Source of the DNA: Thermoplasmata archaeon UBA184
GTDB taxonomy: Archaea > Thermoplasmatota > Thermoplasmata > Lutacidiplasmatales > UBA184
Length of the DNA: 64,000 bases
Direction of reading: 5' to 3'
Assembly: GCA_002495185.1 (NCBI GenBank)
Contig: DAEB01000040.1
Coordinates: 29,184-93,183 of the forward strand
Part shown: piece by piece, positions 30,660 to 39,833 of the stretch
Position numbering within the stretch: position 1 is the stretch's first letter
How the letters are laid out: every line of letters starts with the position of its first letter
Notes under the pieces: generated by a model
What the model saw: the letters and a program-made list of their open reading frames with translations, nothing else
What the model was told of the DNA's origin: nothing
Databases searched by the model: none
Position numbers and translations under genes: made by a program

Positions 30660-30812
30660 GAGGGGACTGTCTCCGGTGAGAACGTGGGCTGGGGGCGCGG
30701 CCATCCCCGTACGACTGACGGAGGGCCGGCCGCCCGCTCCTCTGTTGTCGATCGTCTCTCGGCGGGTTCCTCCCCCAAAGGGTTCTAAGTCGCCCGCGCA
30801 GTGAGCCGGCCG

Positions 30813-31028
30813 ATGCCTTCCCTGCTCCATCCCTGTGCCGGTTGCGGCCACGGAACGATGGACGAGTGCTGGGCAGTCGGCCAACGGATCCCGTCGAACG
30901 ACAAGCGGCTTTGCCTCGAATGCCACGACGAGTGTGTTCGGAGGTCCGATGGACGGTCAGCCACACCCGCGGGAAGGAGCGCTGGTCCTCCCGAGCGCCG
31001 CGACGTTCGGCTCCTCCTGTTCGGTTAG
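30813..31028 (+). CDS. Putative small zinc-finger protein
   Basis: 71 aa with CAGC...CLECH(DEC). Confidence 0.4.
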   Translation: MPSLLHPCAGCGHGTMDECWAVGQRIPSNDKRLCLECHDECVRRSDGRSATPAGRSAGPPERRDVRLLLFG

Positions 31029-31110
31029 GTGGGGTACTCGAATCCGGCCGATCGGGTCCTTCCGGCCCCCGAGAGGAAGACGGATTATCCTCACGACCCT
31101 AGCCCATGCG

Positions 31111-31428
31111 ATGCCGATTCCGAGGGGGGACTTCGATACTGGACGCACGGAGGACTCGGACGAGAGCCGGGTGATCGGCTACCTGGACGCCCATCCGAAC
31201 GAGGCGTTCAGCTCGTTGGAGATCGCGACGGCGATCGGCCATGAACTCGCCAAACCCCCCGCCCCGGGCGCCTCCAAGGCGGGGACCGAGTTTCGGGAGC
31301 TTCAACAGAGCGTTCACCTGGCGATTTTCGAGACCTTCCTCGTGCGGCTCGCGAGCGAAGGGAAGATCGAGAGGAAGGTCATCGAGCGCAAGAGCGGAAG
31401 GGGCTGGTACTTCGCGTCCAAGATCTAG
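31111..31428 (+). CDS. Small winged-helix-like hypothetical protein
   Basis: YLDAHPNEAFSSLEIA...LASEGKIERK...WYF pattern. Confidence 0.65.
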   Translation: MPIPRGDFDTGRTEDSDESRVIGYLDAHPNEAFSSLEIATAIGHELAKPPAPGASKAGTEFRELQQSVHLAIFETFLVRLASEGKIERKVIERKSGRGWYFASKI

Positions 31429-31527
31429 CGACCCCGAACTCCTCGCTCCCGCGGGCTCCGGCGATTTCCGGCTCCTCCGGCCGTCTCGGCCACTGACATT
31501 ATTACAGGGGAGACGCGTCCGCCGGCG

Positions 31528-32463
31528 ATGCGGGTCCTGATTACCGGCGCGTCCGGCTTCATCGGCCGCTACCTGTCGGCCTACGCCGTCTCCCAGGGCC
31601 ACGAGGTCGTCGGGACCTATCTCTCGAAGGAGGAGCTCTCGGCGCGAGACCTCCCGAAGGACGGGGTCGAGTGGGTCCATCTGAGCATGCAGGACTTCTC
31701 GGAGATCCGGTCGGTGGTGGAAGCGAGCCGGGGAGACGCGGTGTTCCACCTGGCCGCCCAGGCGTACGCGAAGAAGGCGTGGAGCGACCCCCTCGACACG
31801 TTCCGGACGAACGTGCTCGGGACGATCGCGCTCTACGAGGAACTCCGCAAGCATCCCCCCAAGAACGGCGTCCTTCTCGCGGCGTCCGCGTCCGCCTACG
31901 GGGTCGCGAAGGAGCTGCCGATCCGGGAGGACACCCCGTTGAACCCGACCAACCCGTACGGCGTCTCGAAAGCCTGCCAGGACATGCTGTCGCTCCAATA
32001 TTCCCTGAACTTCGACCTCCGCATCCTCCGGGCCCGCCTGTTCGGGACGACCGGGCCGGGAAAGACGGGCGACGCGCTGAACGACTTCGCACGACAGGTG
32101 GCGTCCCTCGAGCTGGACCGAAAACCCGGGGTCCTGAGAGTGGGGAACCTCTCGACTCGTCGCGACGTGGTCGACATCCGGGATTCGGTGCGCGCCCTTT
32201 GGTTGATCTTCGAGAAAGGGAATCCGACGGAGCCCGTGAACGTCGGGGCCGGCCAGAGCTACTCGGTCGCCTGGATCGCGGAGACCCTCGTGCGCCTCGC
32301 CCGCGTGCCCATCGAGATCCGCCCGGATCCCGCTCTCATGCGTCCGACCGACGAGCCGGAGAATCGGTCGGACATCTCCCGCCTGCGTGCTCTCGGGTTC
32401 GAGCCGAGATTCCCGATCGAGAGGACGATCGCGGACTCGTTGGAGTTTTGGCGGAATTCCTGA
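31528..32463 (+). CDS. rmd: GDP-4-keto-6-deoxy-D-mannose reductase-like SDR (Rmd/Gmd family)
   Basis: GASGFIG, HLAAQA, PYGVSK and VGNL.TRRD motifs. TTATTA box at 31499-31504. Confidence 0.75.
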   Translation: MRVLITGASGFIGRYLSAYAVSQGHEVVGTYLSKEELSARDLPKDGVEWVHLSMQDFSEIRSVVEASRGDAVFHLAAQAYAKKAWSDPLDTFRTNVLGTIALYEELRKHPPKNGVLLAASASAYGVAKELPIREDTPLNPTNPYGVSKACQDMLSLQYSLNFDLRILRARLFGTTGPGKTGDALNDFARQVASLELDRKPGVLRVGNLSTRRDVVDIRDSVRALWLIFEKGNPTEPVNVGAGQSYSVAWIAETLVRLARVPIEIRPDPALMRPTDEPENRSDISRLRALGFEPRFPIERTIADSLEFWRNS

Positions 32464-32570
32464 GACGCGGAACCGATACGCGGGGCACCGCGGCGCCTCG
32501 GCTTCTCACGTTGCCAAGGACCCTCAAACACCGAAGGGGCGGAAGACCGAATCTAAAGCCCGCTCGCGAC

Positions 32571-32598
32571 CTTGGCTGCGATCAAGGTTGCACTCCGT
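32571..32598. repeat. dif-like site S1
   Basis: cttggcTGCGA-tcaagg-TTGCActccgt, between convergent genes. Confidence 0.65.
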
Positions 32599-32774
32599 CG
32601 GGCGGAACCCCCAGCCGACGCGCGTGACCCTCGCCCGGGTCCCGCTTCGTGCTGAACGACCGAGGTCGGCTCGATCTCGGATCGGGTCGGACCGTTCCGT
32701 TGGACCGGGTGCCGCCTCAGCGACGACAGGCGTTCTTGCCCCTCGGCGGAACGACGTGCATGGCCGAGGTCCGA

Positions 32775-33389
32775 TCAACGGGGTTCCGCCTTGGACCGGC
32801 GCCTCAGACGGTTGACCTCCCGCTCGATCGCGTCCAACTCGACGAGGACCTCGTCGAAGGTCGCGGGGTCGTACGCGGGCTCCGGCTCGATGGGAGCGAC
32901 CGGCGCGGGGACGGGCTCGGCCGAACCGGCGGGCTCCTCGGGCCAGGTTTCGCGCCATGGTTCGGCAGGAGATTGGGAAACCACCACATTGGGCCGGGGC
33001 CGGCCGAACTCCTTCTTCGCCTCCTCGACAGCGGACACCTGCCTCTGGGGAGACGCGGCCTGGACCGGTCCCGTCTTGGGCTGGTCTTCCTCCGCGAAGA
33101 AGAAGGCAACCATCCCGCCCGCGGCTGCAACGAACCCTGTAGCGAACAGGAGGATCCATAGGGGAATCCGGCCGGGGAGCAGGACCAGGGTCCCCCTCGA
33201 AGTGAGGAAGGCCCCGACGAATAACACCAGAGCCAGAAGGAAGAGCGGAGCCCCGCTTGGGAGAGCAGCCCACCCGCTAGGGATTCGCTTCGCCGAGGAC
33301 TGTCGCGCGTCGGTCACCCTTCGCCCCACCGTGTTCGAACGCACTGGAGAGATGGCCTTCGAATCAGATAGTCGTTTTCGGTCCACCAA
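32775..33389 (-). CDS. Two-TM membrane protein with Pro/Glu-rich tail
   Basis: Two TMs, a low-complexity linker and C-terminal VLVELDAIERE helix. Confidence 0.65.
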   Translation of the reverse strand: MVDRKRLSDSKAISPVRSNTVGRRVTDARQSSAKRIPSGWAALPSGAPLFLLALVLFVGAFLTSRGTLVLLPGRIPLWILLFATGFVAAAGGMVAFFFAEEDQPKTGPVQAASPQRQVSAVEEAKKEFGRPRPNVVVSQSPAEPWRETWPEEPAGSAEPVPAPVAPIEPEPAYDPATFDEVLVELDAIEREVNRLRRRSKAEPR

Positions 33390-33502
33390 GCCGTACTACG
33401 GCAACTGCGAAATGGATACGCATAAATACGCAATCACCGCCTGTTTAATCCTGCTCGCTTGAGGCGCGAGAGAACCAGCGCGGAAAGGAAGGGACGGGAA
33501 GT

Positions 33503-34033
33503 ATGAGGAAGTCGATTCCACGAAAGACAATCTATGCCGCGACGATCGTCGCGATTTTCGCGATGGTGGGCGGGTTCGCGGTGGCGAGTTTCGTGAACTC
33601 AATCACCGTTACGTCGACCGGCCAGAACCTCGGTACCGTCGTAGGAGGCAACACCGTGTGGGGCGGAGGATCGGTATCCGTGAGCCTTCAGCAGGCCACT
33701 TCTACGGCTGCCTGTGACCTATCGCCAGTGGCTGTTGCCGCCACTTCGGTCTACTTGATCGGAGGGGCTGCGTGTGCAGCTTCGGGCAGCACTGAATGGT
33801 ACGAGGTGTTTACCTTCCCCACCGTGGCGAGCTATCCGGCCACCGGCTCGGACACGTTCTACTTCTACGTGGTGGGCGGCGCCGCGGGCTCGGCCCAACA
33901 GAGCTTCACCATCTCGGGAGGGGGAACCGCCGTCACCAACATGGTGCTCACCGTCTACCTCGACATGGGACCGTCGACGGCCAACCCGACCCCCATCACG
34001 GGTGGAATCTCGTTCACGGTGAACGGGAGCTGA
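33503..34033 (+). CDS. Secreted or surface protein
   Basis: Signal-like RKTIYAATIVAIFAMVGGFAVA, Thr/Ser/Gly-rich body and two Cys. Confidence 0.75.
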   Translation: MRKSIPRKTIYAATIVAIFAMVGGFAVASFVNSITVTSTGQNLGTVVGGNTVWGGGSVSVSLQQATSTAACDLSPVAVAATSVYLIGGAACAASGSTEWYEVFTFPTVASYPATGSDTFYFYVVGGAAGSAQQSFTISGGGTAVTNMVLTVYLDMGPSTANPTPITGGISFTVNGS

Positions 34034-34432
34034 GACAGGGTGCGAGGGGCCGAAACCACCCCGCTACCCACGCCCAACCCTTTCCTTGTCGATCCCGCCA
34101 TCAGAATCCCTGGCGCGTGACCGGTCCGAAGCTGTCTCAATGAGCCGAATCCTTGAGAGCAGGTTGCCTTCGTCACTCCACCCTTGTTCCAAGTGCGGGC
34201 ACATCACCATGTACGGATGATCGGCAACCAGCCAGCGACTTCAATCGAGCGGCAAGCGGCCGTACCTCGAGCGCCTTAACAATCCTCTTTCGAAGACCGA
34301 CACTCAACGGTTCGCTCGGCCCGCTGTGGCCCCGGGGCCCGTCTGGTCTCGGGACGTCAAGATGCTTCCCCTCGAATAGTCAGTCCGCGGCACACGGGGT
34401 GGATTCCCCCATTCGATACTCGCACCGTTCCG

Positions 34433-34460
34433 AGGGTGTGCAATCCCCATTGCACTTACC
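34433..34460. repeat. dif-like site S2
   Basis: agggtgTGCAA-tcccca-TTGCActtacc; perfect core, between convergent genes. Confidence 0.8.
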
Positions 34461-34495
34461 TTCCGTCTCGAACCGGGCCTCGTTACTCCTTTCGG

Positions 34496-34804
34496 TCAAA
34501 TCCGACGGAAGCGCGCCCACAACGCTCCCAACATTGCACCGATTCCCACGAGGTACCAGAACAGGTCCATCGCGCCGGCCCACAGGAAGGGTTGATTCGC
34601 CTCATTGGCGGGGTCCCAGAACAGCTCCTTGACCAGTACGATGGCCACGAATCCCGCGACCGCGAACCTGGACACATTCGGATGTTCTCGGCTCGGGTCC
34701 CCCAGTCTCCCCGGGGCCAGTACGTACGCAACTGCGACGGCCAGCGCTCCGATTGCCGCATGGTCCTCGGGGAGGATGATAGCCGGACTGAGCCAATCAA
34801 CCAT
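34496..34804 (-). CDS. Small 3-TM membrane protein
   Basis: 102 aa from ATG at 34804, with a KELFWD motif. Sole gene between S2 and S3. Confidence 0.6.
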   Translation of the reverse strand: MVDWLSPAIILPEDHAAIGALAVAVAYVLAPGRLGDPSREHPNVSRFAVAGFVAIVLVKELFWDPANEANQPFLWAGAMDLFWYLVGIGAMLGALWARFRRI

Positions 34805-34880
34805 GCCAAGCCCTACGGCAACCTTCGGTAAAGCTATCGACTCACGGGAAGAACGAGGGAAGTGGCCATCGCTGCGAGTG

Positions 34881-34908
34881 GGTGCGTGTAAGCCCAATTG
34901 CACACGCT
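34881..34908. repeat. dif-like site S3
   Basis: ggtgcgTGTAA-gcccaa-TTGCAcacgct. The left arm matches the E. coli dif XerC arm GGTGCGCATAA at 9 of 11 positions. Confidence 0.75.
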
Positions 34909-34959
34909 TCCTACCCCCGGCTGTTCCGCGAACCAATATCCGTTCGATTCCGGGCCGAT

Positions 34960-35388
34960 TCACTTCTGCGCGGTCCACTCAGAGGGCCGAATCGCCCGCT
35001 TCACCGTCTTCAGAAGCAAGGAATCATCCGTGACGAGCGGGCAAGAGCGACCCTCGGCGAGTGTGGCATAGCATGCATCGTAGACAGTGACCATTCGGCG
35101 GCGTGCGAAATCCGCCGCAGCGCTGAGGTCGTTGGACGTGGGACGAACAAGGGAGATCTGGAGGTCGTAGAGGTAACGAATGGATTCCTCGAGGCGATCA
35201 CTGCCAATCGCGGGGTGGTATCGCAGGGCGTTGGCTACCTCGTAACAGATCAAATCGGGGGCCAGAATCCTGACCCGACCCTCGATGTGTTCATCTCGAA
35301 GAGCTCTCGCGTCGTCAGCGCCCTTTTCCGGGAGGAACCACTTGACCGCCACCGAGGCGTCGGCGACTATTTCCGGGATTCGCGCCAC
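34960..35388 (-). CDS. vapC: VapC PIN-domain toxin
   Basis: VADASVAVKW, YEVANAL, YDACY and LVTDD motifs. Confidence 0.92.
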   Translation of the reverse strand: MARIPEIVADASVAVKWFLPEKGADDARALRDEHIEGRVRILAPDLICYEVANALRYHPAIGSDRLEESIRYLYDLQISLVRPTSNDLSAAADFARRRMVTVYDACYATLAEGRSCPLVTDDSLLLKTVKRAIRPSEWTAQK

Positions 35389-35621
35389 TTGCGGATTTCC
35401 CGGGTGGAGGCGTAAGGAAGTACCGGGAGGCTCTTTCGCATCGCATCCATTCTGCGCGCGGCACGCCGAGCGCGAGCTCGGTCAATGGGCTGCCGCAGGT
35501 CCTCCTCGATGTCGAGGCGCTCCCGGAGTGCCGATCGTACAACCTCCGCCCAATTCACGTCCTTCATACTGGCCATTCTGCCTCGTGTCGCGGAGTCTAC
35601 CCGGACGCTGATGACATCCAT
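35367..35621 (-). CDS. vapB: VapB antitoxin (RHH-like)
   Basis: VISVRVD...VNWAEVVR...IRKWRE; overlaps vapC. Confidence 0.85.
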   Translation of the reverse strand: MDVISVRVDSATRGRMASMKDVNWAEVVRSALRERLDIEEDLRQPIDRARARRAARRMDAMRKSLPVLPYASTREIRKWRESRK

Positions 35622-35632
35622 CGTCGTGTTCT

Positions 35633-35648
35633 GTAGTACTTGTACTAC
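35633..35648 (-). promoter_or_regulatory. Palindromic TA operator
   Basis: GTAGTAC-tt-GTACTAC, between the TTATAG box (minus strand) and the antitoxin ATG. Confidence 0.65.
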
Positions 35649-35719
35649 GTACCCTATAACCCTTCTCGCCCCCCTGAACTGTGGTCACGATGGGAGGTCT
35701 CCTCGACGCGGGGAGTCCG

Positions 35720-35747
35720 AGTGGTTGCGATCCCAATTACAACCACA
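35720..35747. repeat. dif-like site S4
   Basis: agtggtTGCGA-tcccaa-TTACAaccaca; arms are largely complementary. Confidence 0.75.
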
Positions 35748-35786
35748 CGACCGGCCGCGAAGGAGCCGCTATCGGGGCTCCCCCGT

Positions 35787-38237
35787 TCACAACAGCGCGC
35801 TGGTTTCGAACCCGAAGAGGTAGGCGTTACCGATTCCACTCGTGTGGTCCGAACCCTGACCGTCGGCTCCCACAACCACTCTCACGGCCTCGAAGACGGA
35901 CTGCCCGAATTCCCCGCCAAACTGTGCGTCGGGACTGTAGTATCGGTCCATCGGGACGCCGGTGCCCGCGTTGTACATGTAAACGGCCCCCGCCCCTGAG
36001 AAACCGACCGAAGTATCCCCCGGAGCGCCGACGATCACGGTACCTCCGTTCGTGGAAACGCTCGTGCCAAAATGCGCGCCCTGCTGGACCTGCGTGCTGA
36101 TCAGGGTGGCTACGAGCGAAAACGTCGATTGCGAGAAGATGTAGGCCCGACCAGCGTCGAGGTACCCCTGGACGGTCTCCGAGGGAGCACCGATAATGAT
36201 CGTACCCCCGGAGACCGAGACCGATTCCCCGAAGAATCCGCCGCCTTGCGCGTTCGGGCTAAAGAACGACGCGATCGCCGCACCGGTCGTCGAAGAGTTG
36301 AGGTAGGCCCGGCCGGCGCTGCCTGCGGCGCCCACGCTCTCGCCCCAGGCCCCGACGAGCGTGTCGCCGCCACTGATCGACACCGAGATCCCGAACTCGC
36401 CACCCGAGGAGACGTGTCCACTTGCCATCGACGTGACGAGGGCGCCCGTCGACACGTTGAAGACGTACGCGCTCCCCGCATTGCCCAGACCCCCGACGGT
36501 CGCAAGAGGAGCTCCGACCGCCACCAAGCTTCCGCTCAGCGCGACGCTGAATCCAAAGAACGCACCGGGCATCGGGCTGGGCGTCGTCCAAGTCCGGTAG
36601 AGGGAAAGGTCGGACTCATTGAACACGTAGACCTCTCCTTGGAGGGTCGATCCGCCGGGCGACTCTCCCGGGGCCCCGACGACGATCCAGTTCCCGTTGG
36701 TCGCGACCGACCGGCCGAAGAACCCGTCGACGGTCGGGTTCGGGCTCATCAGCGTCTTTACCGCGAGGCTGGGACTGGGATCGACCGGCACGACGTACAC
36801 ATCCCCTTCCTGGGTGACCCCGCCGGGACTCTCCGAGGGAGCTCCCGCAACCATCACGCCTCCACCCACCGCAACCGATCGGCCGAGGTCCCCACCGGCG
36901 ATGGCGTTCGGACTCGTCAGCTTCAGTGGGATCTGGTTGAACACGTAGGCGAGACCGGCTCGGAAGACGCTCGACCCGTTCTCGAATATGGCACCGACGA
37001 CGACCGTGCTGCCCGTCTCGGCGACCGAGAATCCGAATCGGCCGTTGTTCGGCCACCCCGGAGCGGAGAAGGCCGACGAGACGAGCTCTCCGCTCTGAAC
37101 GCTGAACAAGTAGGCGTTGCCGGCCTTGATCTGTCCCCCCGAAGTCTCTTCCTGCGCACCAATCACGACCGTCACAGGATCGATCGCTACATCTCCTCCG
37201 AAGAACCCATCGAAGGTGGGCGCGGGAGAGGTGAAGGTGATGGAGCCGTTCGTGATCATGTTGGTCTCGAATGCAGCGCCCGCGGATGCTATGGGTGGGA
37301 GGGACTCGGCGGGCGCCCCTCCGAGAACGGTGGTCCCACTGATCGAGACCGACCATCCATAAAGGGCGCCGATGGTCGGCACCGGGTTCTCGATCTCCTC
37401 GACCACGTTTCCGGTCGGGACGGCATAGACGTACACCGCACCCTCATTCAGGGTTCCACCGGTGGAGTCGTAGGGGGCGCCCACGGCGACGAGGTTGCCA
37501 CTGATCGCGACCGAGTTTCCGAGTGCCGCATCACTCTCGAGATTGGGACTGATGAGCAGGCGATATGTGTCCGTCAGAAGGTTGATCAGGTAGGCGTCGC
37601 CGGAGAAGAGATACCCCGACTGACCCTCGCTGGGAGCGCCCACCACGGCAAAGTTCCCGGAGAGAGCAACGGAGTTTCCGAAGGCGCCGCCCACCTCTCC
37701 TTCGGGACTGGTGAACGTCTGCAGCAGAGCGCCGCTGCTCGCGTTGAACAGGTAAGCATTGCCCGAGCTGCCCGCCCCGTTGGCCGATTCGCCCGGAGCT
37801 CCCACGAGAACGACGTTTCCACTGGCGGCCACCGAGTAGCCGAAGAGTCCCGTGACTTGGGGACTCGGACTGACGATTCGAAGCATCGCCCCCGTGGTCG
37901 AGTTCTCGATGTAGGCGGCCCCCGCCTCCGAGATTCCGAACGGGGCTTCGTTGGAGGCACCGATCACCACATAGGACGGTGTGACGACCACGGATTGCCC
38001 GAAGTGACCGGTCGATGCCGGTTGCGTGGAGCTCAGCGTGATGGGCAGGAATTGTGGGTCAACGGCCGTGGTCGTTGGCACCGGGGGCGCGTGGGGGGCC
38101 GTGGGCCCGGCGCCCGAGCCAGAATGCCCAGGAAACGGGACGAAGACAACCGCGAGCGAAGCGAGGACTACGACCGTCACAGCGGTGATTCGGAGCCACA
38201 GCGGTCGAGTTCGGAGGTGATAGGGGCGGCTTGACAC
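35787..38237 (-). CDS. FG-GAP repeat (integrin-alpha-like, probably double beta-propeller) secreted protein
   Basis: About 14 repeats of FG.SVA....VVGAP.E...AG.AY.F after an N-terminal TM. Confidence 0.9.
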   Translation of the reverse strand: MSSRPYHLRTRPLWLRITAVTVVVLASLAVVFVPFPGHSGSGAGPTAPHAPPVPTTTAVDPQFLPITLSSTQPASTGHFGQSVVVTPSYVVIGASNEAPFGISEAGAAYIENSTTGAMLRIVSPSPQVTGLFGYSVAASGNVVLVGAPGESANGAGSSGNAYLFNASSGALLQTFTSPEGEVGGAFGNSVALSGNFAVVGAPSEGQSGYLFSGDAYLINLLTDTYRLLISPNLESDAALGNSVAISGNLVAVGAPYDSTGGTLNEGAVYVYAVPTGNVVEEIENPVPTIGALYGWSVSISGTTVLGGAPAESLPPIASAGAAFETNMITNGSITFTSPAPTFDGFFGGDVAIDPVTVVIGAQEETSGGQIKAGNAYLFSVQSGELVSSAFSAPGWPNNGRFGFSVAETGSTVVVGAIFENGSSVFRAGLAYVFNQIPLKLTSPNAIAGGDLGRSVAVGGGVMVAGAPSESPGGVTQEGDVYVVPVDPSPSLAVKTLMSPNPTVDGFFGRSVATNGNWIVVGAPGESPGGSTLQGEVYVFNESDLSLYRTWTTPSPMPGAFFGFSVALSGSLVAVGAPLATVGGLGNAGSAYVFNVSTGALVTSMASGHVSSGGEFGISVSISGGDTLVGAWGESVGAAGSAGRAYLNSSTTGAAIASFFSPNAQGGGFFGESVSVSGGTIIIGAPSETVQGYLDAGRAYIFSQSTFSLVATLISTQVQQGAHFGTSVSTNGGTVIVGAPGDTSVGFSGAGAVYMYNAGTGVPMDRYYSPDAQFGGEFGQSVFEAVRVVVGADGQGSDHTSGIGNAYLFGFETSALL

Positions 38238-38367
38238 GGTGTAGCACTCCCAACGGAGAGTGGTCTATAAACCTGCCGAAAGGCACCAACTGGCCGGTGG
38301 CCGACTACTTCGCCTACACGGCCCGCGTACCAGCCTCCACGCTGGAAGAGCGGATTCGAAGCCGTGT

Positions 38368-38395
38368 CTCAGGTGCAATCTGAATTGCATCCGCG
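38368..38395. repeat. dif-like site S5
   Basis: ctcaggTGCAA-tctgaa-TTGCAtccgcg; perfect core near the left edge of the AT-richer block. Confidence 0.8.
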
Positions 38396-38749
38396 ACTCG
38401 CTCGGACCCCGAATGCTCGGGGTCCATACTTTCAGGGGCAGGTCGGTTCCCTCAGCAACCCGAGGCAAGCGAGGCGCCCTCTGAATTACGCATCCCACCG
38501 GTCGAACGCTGACCGAAGGCGGAGCTTCTCCCGCTTGGGGCGGCGCACCGAACCGGGCTCCACACACTCTCGGGGCGGACGGCGGTTATATGTCGCCGAG
38601 ACCTGAGTCAGCGATAGCGCGGCTCAAACATTCAGAAGATTGGCGCGAAGGCACGTCACGGTCTCTTTCAGTCTGCCAAGTGACCAAGATAATAGACCTG
38701 TTACGTGATGCACCTCTGCGGGTCGGCAGCAGTGGGTACCTGATCGTCC

Positions 38750-39781
38750 TTGACGAGTTTGTCGTGTCTTGTAACTGCCTTCAATCGCCGCGAGTTCCTC
38801 GTTCAAGCCTTAACGTCTGCACTTTGTCAAGAATCTATCTCGGAGTCGTATGAGATTGTCTTGCTGACAAATCTTGACATCACGGGGACCCAGGTCGAAA
38901 GAATCACAACAAGATCGCAGGGCGGACCAGAAATCAAGGTAGTCCACTGCGACAATGCAGGAGTGGGACGTTTTTTCTGGGCTGGAGTTGAGGCGTGCCA
39001 AGGGGAAGTTGTCTGTTTCCTAAACGACGATGACACCTGGCTCCCGCGCAAGCTCTCGGTTGTTGCAAGGATGTTTGATGCGAATCCTCGGCTCGGATTC
39101 TTCCGTCACAACTTCAGATATGTCGACCGTTTCGGCAAACCCCTGCCTGACCTCGATCGTCGGTGGAGTCGTAGACGTGGGAACCTGGTAGCCCCTGCCG
39201 AAGGGCAGGTTGTGCTTGGGGAGAAGCGCGATGTTTCGTCGATTCGGCACCTCAATCGCTACGCACCTTACGCAAATGAGTCCACTATGGCTGTTAGGCG
39301 GCGACTCTTGATGGATGTGAGCACAGAATTTCAAGAAATCTTGGCTGGAGAAGATGCTTTCTTGTATTTTTCAGCATTGTGTTCGCAGTACTCCCTTGCG
39401 GCTAGCGCTGAACCCCTTAGCGAATACAGAATCCATGGAACCAATGCTTCTGTGGCTCATTCTGCTTCTATAGTTGAGTCGACAAGTGCAAAGTTTGTCT
39501 CAGGCATTGACGAGTCGATGGAAGTGATTGTCCGAATGTGCAGCGACTCGCCTTACCCCGCCGTGGCAGACCTCGCTCGGCACCACAGCCTGCAGCTTCT
39601 AATTACTCGCGCGATAAACGGAGGAACTCGGCTGCCAGTGAATCTGCACCGCCAGGCACTCAATCTCATCGCCTCTGGATTTGCCCTCTCTCCGATCCAA
39701 GATCTCGGGATCTTGGCGTTACTGGTTCTCAACGACATCTCACCTTCGTTGTCGGGAAGAGCCTACAGGGCGGCGATCTGA
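38750..39781 (+). CDS. GT2 family glycosyltransferase
   Basis: LVTAFNRREFL, FLNDDD, NESTMAVRR and YRIH motifs. Confidence 0.88.
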   Translation: MTSLSCLVTAFNRREFLVQALTSALCQESISESYEIVLLTNLDITGTQVERITTRSQGGPEIKVVHCDNAGVGRFFWAGVEACQGEVVCFLNDDDTWLPRKLSVVARMFDANPRLGFFRHNFRYVDRFGKPLPDLDRRWSRRRGNLVAPAEGQVVLGEKRDVSSIRHLNRYAPYANESTMAVRRRLLMDVSTEFQEILAGEDAFLYFSALCSQYSLAASAEPLSEYRIHGTNASVAHSASIVESTSAKFVSGIDESMEVIVRMCSDSPYPAVADLARHHSLQLLITRAINGGTRLPVNLHRQALNLIASGFALSPIQDLGILALLVLNDISPSLSGRAYRAAI

Positions 39782-39793
39782 ATTGCACTCAGC
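39766..39793. repeat. Degenerate dif-like site S5b
   Basis: cagggcGGCGA-tctgaa-TTGCActcagc. Same spacer as S5; overlaps the GT2 stop codon. Confidence 0.45.
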
Positions 39794-39833
39794 CTGGAAA
39801 GGGCCACAGTTTCGTGATTTCTCGGCCATTACC

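Noticed and set aside
30912-30926. CLECH as a c-type heme motif
   Set aside because: There is no signal peptide, and the upstream CxxC fits a zinc finger better.
38345-38370. TTCGAATCC (tRNA T-loop-like) on the minus strand next to S5
   Set aside because: The T-stem does not pair and no cloverleaf or acceptor stem can be built.
38469-38496. TCTGAATTACGCATCC resembling the right half of S5
   Set aside because: The left arm is absent; it may be a remnant but is too weak to call.
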